64,000 nt of DNA from Schmidtea polychroa (taxonomy: Eukaryota). The position numbers and the translations under genes were made by a program. Below are positions 11,938-21,243 of this stretch, piece after piece; the first letter of the stretch is position 1, and every line of letters begins with the position of its first letter. The notes under the pieces were generated by a model, which worked only from the letters and a program-made list of their open reading frames with translations, was not told the DNA's origin and made no database searches. The stretch lies in NCBI GenBank assembly GCA_044892525.1, contig CM097885.1:19036001-19100000 (forward strand), given 5' to 3'.

Positions 11938-14937
11938 TTAGTCCTCATCGGACAAAATAACGTCATCGATATCGATGTCATCTTCTCCAAAATCTTCATT
12001 TAATTCTTCCTCATCTTCTCCATCATTTTCTCCAACATTTTCTGAAACATTTTCTGCAACAATTTCTCCAACATTTTCTCCAATATTTAATTCACTTAAT
12101 CTTACATGCCCATATGCAAGACTAGTATTTTGCCCCACCCAAACCCTTTTGTCATCTTTGTTAGTTAGTGCTATTTTTGTGTTTTTAATTGTAAAAATTT
12201 GATGATTTTTGCTTGTTATTTTAGTCTGAGGAACCGAAAAAATCTGGTTAGTGTTATAACAATCCAGGTATGACTGATGTTTTATGTCACTACCTTTCAA
12301 TGTTACACCTTTAGCCTTTTTTGTTTCCTCATCACCCAACAAGCTATAACATTTAGGTCTAAGAAAAACCCACTCCTTATATTTAAGACCTTTATTCTCG
12401 TCTTTGAACTTTCCAATGACTGAATCAAGGTTCTTACTATATAAGGAATGACAACTATTGTAATTGGAAGTATCCAATAAATTATCTCGAACCATTGCAG
12501 GTAAAAGAACCTCAAGTTTGCAGTTAATGACTTCGAGGAAAAAAGAATCTGTATCACCTGCAACGATATTAATTTTACAATTAAACTCATTGCGAAATGA
12601 TTCCAGATCCTTATATTGCAATTCATACATTCTAAGTTTAGATAGATCAAGTACAGATTGACCAATGTAACTCGGTCTATCTAAACATATAGAATCGGAA
12701 TTCAATAGTGCTGCAATTAAATTATCTGCTATTTTAATAGATTTTTTAAAAGTCGGTTTTGACGAATATTTAACTAATTTACCGGCAGTTGTACAAAGAC
12801 GAAGATTCATTCTTCTCTTTAAATTTTCAACTGTTTTGCCGTATAAACTATTATTTAGCAATTTATAATAATTTTTATCTAAGCTATTTACGCTTTTTGA
12901 TCTTAATTCGGTATTTGTATCTATATATTTTTTAAAAATTGGTGATTGCTTAAATCTTACACCCCTATTTACACGTGTTACTTTAACACCAAGTTCCAAA
13001 TATAATTTTAATAATCTCCAATGAATAACATAATTAGATTTTGGAAGATGAGTTAATAATAATTTTTCAACCTTAGACCCAGCAGGTTTCATTTTTTCAG
13101 CAGCTACAGGGAAATCATCCAACTTATCATGAAGCTCAGAAGGAATTACAAGATCAACTTCAAGTGTGTATCCATAAGACAAAGATTCAAGATTTAAATT
13201 CCTACATTCATCCATTATTTTATCAAATCCATCAAGAACCCAACAAAATTCGCCACAAGGTAATGATTGACTTAAAGCCCAGCCATAAAGATTATTAATA
13301 TCTATATATAGTAACTCAGTGTTCTCGTCGGTTTTTACGTAATGCTTATTCACAAAAGTAAGACCGCCTCTTATTCCACCCTCATAAAAGCTAAACATTT
13401 CGTTTTCAGTTATGAGTTCAATTGGTTCATTTAAAGACATTAATGCAGAAGACCAAGACATGCCTGGAATTCCGAAATAATTCAATGGTTCCAATCTATT
13501 GTGAGCAATGGATTTCAACCGAAACTGATGAAAGAAATCAGCCAAAAGAAAACAATCAAGTTTTAGGTAGATCATCATATAATCTAATAAAGTTACGCAA
13601 TTAGTTTCTACCCAAATCTCCTGAGCTTTTTCATACTCAAGCTCAGTGACACCCTCCCAGATTGGTGGTAATTCATAAGTAGTTTGGAGAATATCTAAAG
13701 AAGTGGCGAAATTATAAGGGAAGATTCCTTTTTCACTTACTATGGTGCCAGAAAAAGCAGAATTAGTAAAAGGCAAAGAATTCAAAGTTTTGACTGCTTT
13801 AGCCAAAGAATCATTGACAAATTGATACGAATCAATGAATCTTAGGCTAATTTTACCTAAATGAGCAATCAAAGCTATAAATTTTTCCGTAGTTATTGGG
13901 ATGCACCCTAAATTCCAATTTTTAAATTTATTTAATCCATATTTAAGTATATGGTGCATATCGTATCCCTTCAAGTTGTGAAATACGATAGGCAAAATTT
14001 TATTTATTTTTCTATTTACGTTACATGTGCTACAAGCTGCACCCAAGTATTTCCCCATAAAATGATCGTGATCTCTAACAGGATCTACGATAGATTTCAA
14101 ACAAAGATAACAAACCGTTGAATTAATGAATTGTTGTTGCTCAATTTTCGTTAATTTAATCATTGGTTTCCTACCCATTTTATAATAAAAAGGAAGAACC
14201 TTATTTAATGCTATATCCTCTATAGCACTTAAAAAACTCTCGACGCAATCTAAACCTATGAACTGCTGATAAGATTTAGATCCGTCAAAGTTATTTACTA
14301 GTAAAAGACCAGCAGATATTGGCATGTGTCGCTGAAAATGATCATTATCAGAAGGTAAAATAGCCTCAAAATCGGCATAAACTACAAAAGGAGGAGTTAC
14401 TGTTTTCGACCAGTCAGTAAACTGTAAGAATTTATTTTGAGGGAAAGTATAAAGAGTTGTTCCTAATTGATTACGTTTGCATAATATTTCATGTTTTTCT
14501 AGTGCGTTTCTATTATTAAACCCATTCAAACACCGATGGCACCATAATGAACGTATGCGTGTAGGACAAGTAGTGTTGATACCACAATTCAATAACCTAT
14601 TTAAATTGCTTATAGCAACGTAATGGAAATTGTTCCCTTTATTTAATAATAGTAAATTAATTACAGTTCCATTTAAAACTTTGGAACGATGTATAATGTC
14701 TAAATGTGGGTGTTTTAAAACGTAATTATCTATTAATTGTTTGTTATTGTCATAAGAAAAAACGTTAATTATTAAACCAGGATTTTTGGCCTCGAATTTT
14801 CTAATATCTTTTAATTTCATGGGTAAGTCCAATGGATTATATATTAATTCAGATAAATTATAACTGGATGTCCTATTTCTAGCATAACTACTAACCTCAT
14901 CATATTTTAAAATAGCTAAAATGCTATATAAAAACAT
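11938..14937 (-). CDS. polB: Protein-primed family B DNA polymerase (Polinton/Maverick type) with Zn finger, EndoVII-like domain and acidic tail; left copy
   Basis: ExoI VVYADFE, ExoII FHNLKGYD, ExoIII YLKLDC, KGIFPY, motif A YIDINNLYG, motif B KLLNNSLYGK, motif C GDTDS, LRPKCY/KAKGV. Also CYLC..RDHDH..G...GAACSTCN (EndoVII-like) and CHRC..H...C. Confidence 0.95.
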   Translation of the reverse strand: MFLYSILAILKYDEVSSYARNRTSSYNLSELIYNPLDLPMKLKDIRKFEAKNPGLIINVFSYDNNKQLIDNYVLKHPHLDIIHRSKVLNGTVINLLLLNKGNNFHYVAISNLNRLLNCGINTTCPTRIRSLWCHRCLNGFNNRNALEKHEILCKRNQLGTTLYTFPQNKFLQFTDWSKTVTPPFVVYADFEAILPSDNDHFQRHMPISAGLLLVNNFDGSKSYQQFIGLDCVESFLSAIEDIALNKVLPFYYKMGRKPMIKLTKIEQQQFINSTVCYLCLKSIVDPVRDHDHFMGKYLGAACSTCNVNRKINKILPIVFHNLKGYDMHHILKYGLNKFKNWNLGCIPITTEKFIALIAHLGKISLRFIDSYQFVNDSLAKAVKTLNSLPFTNSAFSGTIVSEKGIFPYNFATSLDILQTTYELPPIWEGVTELEYEKAQEIWVETNCVTLLDYMMIYLKLDCFLLADFFHQFRLKSIAHNRLEPLNYFGIPGMSWSSALMSLNEPIELITENEMFSFYEGGIRGGLTFVNKHYVKTDENTELLYIDINNLYGWALSQSLPCGEFCWVLDGFDKIMDECRNLNLESLSYGYTLEVDLVIPSELHDKLDDFPVAAEKMKPAGSKVEKLLLTHLPKSNYVIHWRLLKLYLELGVKVTRVNRGVRFKQSPIFKKYIDTNTELRSKSVNSLDKNYYKLLNNSLYGKTVENLKRRMNLRLCTTAGKLVKYSSKPTFKKSIKIADNLIAALLNSDSICLDRPSYIGQSVLDLSKLRMYELQYKDLESFRNEFNCKINIVAGDTDSFFLEVINCKLEVLLPAMVRDNLLDTSNYNSCHSLYSKNLDSVIGKFKDENKGLKYKEWVFLRPKCYSLLGDEETKKAKGVTLKGSDIKHQSYLDCYNTNQIFSVPQTKITSKNHQIFTIKNTKIALTNKDDKRVWVGQNTSLAYGHVRLSELNIGENVGEIVAENVSENVGENDGEDEEELNEDFGEDDIDIDDVILSDED

Positions 14938-15560
14938 GAATCATCGGTGTTTTTTATATTAATTAAACAATATTTATTTTTTAGATAAGTAGGTAGTTCA
15001 ATGAAACTCCTACCACTTAATCTACTTAGCCTACTTATCTTTGTTATGGTGAAGTGAATTTCTGTTATTTTTTTTATGATCCAGCTACTTCCTAACTCTG
15101 TGATATTACTTATTTTCTCGTTTAGTTCCCTAATGCCTTCGTCAAAAAATGATGCAGTTAAAGGCTTTGCATAATTTGAGATATTATTAACCTTTATTTC
15201 CCCGTCTTTTTCAAATTCGATTGTTATTCCGAATTGAATTTTGACGGAGCCTAATTCGTTAATAATATCTCGTAATTTTTTTATTAGTTGTTCAGGAAAT
15301 ATTATTTCTTTTATATTTAAGTCGCTTGTATTTAAGCTTAATATTTGATGGGTACCTCTTAGATCTTTTTGTATTATTGGAACATTTCCACCTATTTGTA
15401 TTATATTTAATCCATCCCAAGAGTCAAGGGAAATATTATCTAATCCGACCTGGGATTCAACAACCAATCCATCATGGGATTCGACAACCAATCCATCATT
15501 GGATTCCACAAAAGGCAATCCGACCTGGGATTCAAAAGAAGAAGTATCTAATTTAATTTT
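14916..15560 (-). CDS. N-terminal part of the Polinton PolB (separated from the main ORF by a -1 frameshift); left copy with extra VESxxGL repeats
   Basis: Ends GRSFIELPTYLKNKYCLINIKNTDDSCF, which continues as FLYSILA in the PolB frame. This matches the typical Polinton PolB N-terminal motif (GSSYIELP..L.NK..IINIKN.D..CF.WSILA). Confidence 0.8.
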   Translation of the reverse strand, partial: KIKLDTSSFESQVGLPFVESNDGLVVESHDGLVVESQVGLDNISLDSWDGLNIIQIGGNVPIIQKDLRGTHQILSLNTSDLNIKEIIFPEQLIKKLRDIINELGSVKIQFGITIEFEKDGEIKVNNISNYAKPLTASFFDEGIRELNEKISNITELGSSWIIKKITEIHFTITKISRLSRLSGRSFIELPTYLKNKYCLINIKNTDDSCFYIAF

Positions 15561-16278
15561 TTAATTTTTATTATTTTTTTCTATAGTTGAGGGTCTTTTA
15601 AAAACACTATCTTTTTTAAAATTAAACCTATCTAAATGATTTTTATGTTTATTATAAAAAACGCTATATGTTACGGGGTAACTAGTCTTACATACGGGAC
15701 ATATAAAATAAGTTTTATTATAATATTTTTTTGTGTAATAATTCTCCATTATAGAATGGCAATTATTATCATGTTCTTTCGATGAACAATAATTTGGGTA
15801 AAGTATACCTATAAAATAAAAATTTAATAAAAAAAATATAATTTAAATGAAATATTTTAGTAAATGTTTACGCAAAAATTTGCAAATTATTATTATTTTA
15901 CAAATTTTATTTACTAAAAAATAAAAATTTACTAAATTAAAAATATTAACATTTACTTAAATAAAAAATTATATTAAATTTCCTTTAAATTATAAAAAGT
16001 AATCAATACTTACATTGTAAATTTTCATTTCGATTTATTGACACATTGACATAATTTTTTTCTTTATTCGTATTACCTAAATTATTAATTAATTAAATCA
16101 ATAAATTAAAAATTATGTTTACTTTTTCTTTTCAAATTTCCTTTAATCTTAGATTTTAAATTGTCTTCATTAATATTATCTAAATTAATTAATAAATTAA
16201 TTAATAAATAAATTAAAATTTACCAAATTTCTGAATTTTTTCTCGGACATTCATAACGTTTTCTATTAAAGAATTCAT
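15561..16278 (-). CDS. Mirror copy of the 4-exon Cys/His gene; exons 16278-16224, 16179-16123, 16076-16014, 15808-15561
   Basis: Reverse complement of 19956-20673 with the same splice sites. Confidence 0.7.
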
Positions 16279-16890
16279 TTTTAAAGGTTAACTATTTGTT
16301 AAATGTGACTAATGATTGATTATTGTTTATAGATTATTATTGTTTATAGATTATTATTGTTTATAGATTATTATTATTTTTCATAGGAACAAATTCTAAC
16401 CAATCAAAATCAAGGAAGGGTAGGAAAAAATTAATTTATTTTAAAACACATTTTGACGCTAAAGTTGACTTATTTAACATTTTCATAATAATTTAATAAA
16501 AATAATGTGATGAACCCACAAAGTAATATCATTTTTCATCAAATTGCAAAACAGTAATAACGTTTTCATAAAATTGTAACAAAGTAATAACATATTTCAG
16601 ATAAATTTTCAACAGTTGTAAAATATTTAAACAAATTGTAACAAGATTAGAAAATATGACAACAAAGTAGTAACATATTTCAGAAAATTTCAACAAAGTT
16701 GTAAAATATTTATCAAATTGTAACTAAAATAATAAAAATATTGCAACAAAGTAATAAAATAATAATGGTAATTAAGACAAATCAATACATTATTTCGAAG
16801 ATGGACAACAAATTAAAAAGAATATTGTAACTAAAATAATAAAAATATTGCAACAAAGTAATAAAATAATACAACATTTTAAACTCTAGA

Positions 16891-17500
16891 TCAATCCATT
16901 TTATAGAAAATTAAATTTTATCTATATAATATATGAATAAATATCCAAGGAAATTACGTTAACGTATAATAAATACAAATTTATCGTAAAAACATGTGTG
17001 TATTACACACAAAACAAGATACATAATTTCTAATCAATCCATTTTATAGAAAATTAAATTTTATCTATATATTATATGAATAAAATCCTAAGAAAATTAC
17101 GTTAACTGTATAATAAATACAAATTTATCGTAAAAACATGTGTGTATTACACACAACATACGAGACATAATTTCTAATCAATCCATTTTATAGAAAATTA
17201 AATTTTATTTATATATCATATGAATAAAATCCTAAGAAAATTACGTTAACTGTATGAAAAATACAAATTTATCGTAAAAACATGTGTGTATTACACACAA
17301 CATACGAGACATAATTTTTAATCAAGCTATTTTATAGAAAATTAAATTTTATCTATATATTAAATGAATAAAAATCCAAGAAAATAACGTTAAGCGCGCG
17401 AAAAAATACAAATTTATTGTAAAAACATGTGTGCATTACACACAAAGCACCAAACTGAAATTGTAATTGCGCCGTGTTGTAGAAAATTAAATTCTGCCTA
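16891..17500 (+). repeat. About 4 tandem 143-144-bp units, each with an internal near-palindrome TGTGTGTATTACACACA; mirror at ~18720-19330
   Basis: Units start at 16891, 17034, 17178 and 17322. Confidence 0.85.
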
Positions 17501-17635
17501 TACATTGTTACACTTAAATTTCGATCAGACCTGTGAAAAGAGACATAAAAGAGAAAGAACAGTAGAGTAGTATGATTGGGGCCCGCCTGGCCAGGAGCCC
17601 GCTCGGCCACATATACCCTCTCCCCCCCCCCCCCG

Positions 17636-18582
17636 TGTGTAAAATAATGTTAATTATAATATTTATATATCAGTATATAGATTTTGCACTGGGCTTTAAA
17701 ATAAGTGTTTGATTAATAAATTCGGATGATGGAAACATTACTTTTGGGAAGAAAAAAAGTAGGTCACCGCTGGACCAATTAATTTTAAAAAAAAATACGT
17801 AATAGTTATAAAAATATTAAGCATCGTTCTTAAAATATTAGACATCGTTCTAAAATTATGACGTAATCATTCTAAAAATATTAGGCATCGTTCTAAAAGT
17901 ATGACGTAATCATTCTAAAAATAAGAGGCATCGTTCTAAAAATATGATGTAATCGTTCTAAAAATATTAGACATCGTTCTAAAAATATTAGGCGTTGATT
18001 ACGTAATAGTTCTAAAAATATGATGAGTCATTGTCTTTGTTCTAAAAATGTGATGAGTCATCGTATGATAAAAATCTATATCTCATTAGAAAGTTCTTGC
18101 ACAGAGCTTTAAAATAAGCTATCGATCAATATAATATGTTGTCGGGAACATTAATCTTTGAGATGAAAAAAGTAGGAGCCCGCTGGGCCAATTAATAATA
18201 TTTTGACAAATAATAATAATTTAACTTTGAAAAGATGGTGGTCAATAATTGTTAATAACATTAAAACTATTAAAGATATATAAGATACCTATAGCTCATT
18301 CGAAAGGTCTTGGACTGAGCTTTAAGATGAGGTATCGTCCAATAAAATCTGATGGCGGGAACATTAACTTTTGGGATGAAAAAAAGTGTGAGCCCGCTGG
18401 GCCACTAATAATATGGCATCGTTCTAAAAATATGTGGCATCGATTACGTAATAGTTCTAAAAATATGTGGCACCGCTCTAAAAATATTAGGCATCGATTA
18501 CGTAATAGTTCTAAAAATATTAGGCATCGATTACGTAATAGTTCTAAAAATATGTGGCATCGTTCTAAAAAAAATTTTTCCC
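17636..18582 (+). repeat. Unique central spacer made of CATCGTTCTAAAAATAT/TACGTAATAG tandem repeats plus three copies of a ~120-bp module
   Basis: Not mirrored. The module (..GAAAG..GAGCTTTAA..GGGAACATTAA..GAAAAAAAGT..GCCCGCTGGGCCA) lies at ~17665-17780, ~18078-18195 and ~18290-18410. Confidence 0.8.
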
Positions 18583-19804
18583 CGGGGGGGGGGGGAGAGG
18601 GTATATGTGGCCGAGCGGGCTCCTGGCCAGGCGGGCCCCAATCATACTACTCTACTGTTCTTTCTCTTTTATGTCTCTTTTCACAGGTCTGATCGAAATT
18701 TAAGTGTAACAATGTATAGGCAGAATTTAATTTTCTACAACACGGCGCAATTACAATTTCAGTTTGGTGCTTTGTGTGTAATGCACACATGTTTTTACAA
18801 TAAATTTGTATTTTTTCGCGCGCTTAACGTTATTTTCTTGGATTTTTATTCATTTAATATATAGATAAAATTTAATTTTCTATAAAATAGCTTGATTAAA
18901 AATTATGTCTCGTATGTTGTGTGTAATACACACATGTTTTTACGATAAATTTGTATTTTTCATACAGTTAACGTAATTTTCTTAGGATTTTATTCATATG
19001 ATATATAAATAAAATTTAATTTTCTATAAAATGGATTGATTAGAAATTATGTCTCGTATGTTGTGTGTAATACACACATGTTTTTACGATAAATTTGTAT
19101 TTATTATACAGTTAACGTAATTTTCTTAGGATTTTATTCATATAATATATAGATAAAATTTAATTTTCTATAAAATGGATTGATTAGAAATTATGTATCT
19201 TGTTTTGTGTGTAATACACACATGTTTTTACGATAAATTTGTATTTATTATACGTTAACGTAATTTCCTTGGATATTTATTCATATATTATATAGATAAA
19301 ATTTAATTTTCTATAAAATGGATTGATCTAGAGTTTAAAATGTTGTATTATTTTATTACTTTGTTGCAATATTTTTATTATTTTAGTTACAATATTCTTT
19401 TTAATTTGTTGTCCATCTTCGAAATAATGTATTGATTTGTCTTAATTACCATTATTATTTTATTACTTTGTTGCAATATTTTTATTATTTTAGTTACAAT
19501 TTGATAAATATTTTACAACTTTGTTGAAATTTTCTGAAATATGTTACTACTTTGTTGTAATATTTTCTAATCTTGTTACAATTTGTTTAAATATTTTACA
19601 ACTGTTGAAAATTTATCTGAAATATGTTATTACTTTGTTACAATTTTATGAAAACGTTATTACTGTTTTGCAATTTGATGAAAAATGATATTACTTTGTG
19701 GGTTCATCACATTATTTTTATTAAATTATTATGAAAATGTTAAATAAGTCAACTTTAGCGTCAAAATGTGTTTTAAAATAAATTAATTTTTTCCTACCCT
19801 TCCT

Positions 19805-19930
19805 TGATTTTGATTGGTTAGAATTTGTTCCTATGAAAAATAATAATAATCTATAAACAATAATAATCTATAAACAATAATAATCTATAAACAATAATAA
19901 TCTATAAACAATAATCAATCATTAGTCACA
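19805..19930 (+). promoter_or_regulatory. Putative Pol II promoter of the arm transcription unit (mirror at ~16305-16410)
   Basis: Reverse CCAAT box (GATTGGTT) and tandem 17-bp AATAATAATCTATAAAC units with a TATAAA core just upstream of the ATG at 19956. Confidence 0.35.
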
Positions 19931-19955
19931 TTTAACAAATAGTTAACCTTTAAAA

Positions 19956-20673
19956 ATGAATTCTTTAATAGAAAACGTTATGAATGTCCGAGAAAAAATT
20001 CAGAAATTTGGTAAATTTTAATTTATTTATTAATTAATTTATTAATTAATTTAGATAATATTAATGAAGACAATTTAAAATCTAAGATTAAAGGAAATTT
20101 GAAAAGAAAAAGTAAACATAATTTTTAATTTATTGATTTAATTAATTAATAATTTAGGTAATACGAATAAAGAAAAAAATTATGTCAATGTGTCAATAAA
20201 TCGAAATGAAAATTTACAATGTAAGTATTGATTACTTTTTATAATTTAAAGGAAATTTAATATAATTTTTTATTTAAGTAAATGTTAATATTTTTAATTT
20301 AGTAAATTTTTATTTTTTAGTAAATAAAATTTGTAAAATAATAATAATTTGCAAATTTTTGCGTAAACATTTACTAAAATATTTCATTTAAATTATATTT
20401 TTTTTATTAAATTTTTATTTTATAGGTATACTTTACCCAAATTATTGTTCATCGAAAGAACATGATAATAATTGCCATTCTATAATGGAGAATTATTACA
20501 CAAAAAAATATTATAATAAAACTTATTTTATATGTCCCGTATGTAAGACTAGTTACCCCGTAACATATAGCGTTTTTTATAATAAACATAAAAATCATTT
20601 AGATAGGTTTAATTTTAAAAAAGATAGTGTTTTTAAAAGACCCTCAACTATAGAAAAAAATAATAAAAATTAA
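19956..20673 (+). CDS. Predicted 4-exon ~140-aa protein with Cys/His (Zn-finger-like) motifs; exons 19956-20010, 20055-20111, 20158-20220, 20426-20673
   Basis: Three GT..AG introns (44, 46 and 205 nt, all phase 1) join without stops into MNSLIENVMNVREKIQKFDNINEDNLKSKIKGNLKRKSNTNKEKNYVNVSINRNENLQCILYPNYCSSKEHDNNCHSIMENYY...CPVC...HKNH. This lands in frame with the 62-aa ORF. Confidence 0.7.
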
Positions 20674-21243
20674 AAAATTAAATTAGATACTTCTTCTTTT
20701 GAATCCCAGGTCGGATTAGATAATATTTCCCTTGACTCTTGGGATGGATTAAATATAATACAAATAGGTGGAAATGTTCCAATAATACAAAAAGATCTAA
20801 GAGGTACCCATCAAATATTAAGCTTAAATACAAGCGACTTAAATATAAAAGAAATAATATTTCCTGAACAACTAATAAAAAAATTACGAGATATTATTAA
20901 CGAATTAGGCTCCGTCAAAATTCAATTCGGAATAACAATCGAATTTGAAAAAGACGGGGAAATAAAGGTTAATAATATCTCAAATTATGCAAAGCCTTTA
21001 ACTGCATCATTTTTTGACGAAGGCATTAGGGAACTAAACGAGAAAATAAGTAATATCACAGAGTTAGGAAGTAGCTGGATCATAAAAAAAATAACAGAAA
21101 TTCACTTCACCATAACAAAGATAAGTAGGCTAAGTAGATTAAGTGGTAGGAGTTTCATTGAACTACCTACTTATCTAAAAAATAAATATTGTTTAATTAA
21201 TATAAAAAACACCGATGATTCATGTTTTTATATAGCATTTTAG
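20674..21243 (+). CDS. N-terminal part of the Polinton PolB; right copy (open frame without its own ATG, 25 codons shorter)
   Basis: Open frame KIKLDTSSFESQVGLDN...NTDDSCFYIAF*, mirror of 14916-15560. Confidence 0.75.
   Translation, partial: KIKLDTSSFESQVGLDNISLDSWDGLNIIQIGGNVPIIQKDLRGTHQILSLNTSDLNIKEIIFPEQLIKKLRDIINELGSVKIQFGITIEFEKDGEIKVNNISNYAKPLTASFFDEGIRELNEKISNITELGSSWIIKKITEIHFTITKISRLSRLSGRSFIELPTYLKNKYCLINIKNTDDSCFYIAF

Larger units (their letters stand above)
10517..17635 (-). repeat. Left arm (7119 bp) of the giant inverted repeat
   Basis: Reverse complement of 18583-25680; the ORFs are mirrored (11938-14937/21222-24221, 15561-15749/20485-20673, 17353-17610/18607-18864). Confidence 0.95.

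Noticed and set aside
11975..13604. Short ORFs overlapping polB (and their mirrors at 22555-24184)
   Set aside because: Antisense or alternative-frame shadows of the long CDS.
17780..18570. CRISPR-like appearance of the repeated CATCGTTCTAAAAA units
   Set aside because: No unique spacers, no cas genes, and a eukaryotic context.
18249..18692. 147-aa repetitive ORF in the spacer
   Set aside because: It has a non-ATG start, translates DNA tandem repeats and a G-run, and shows no recognisable domain.
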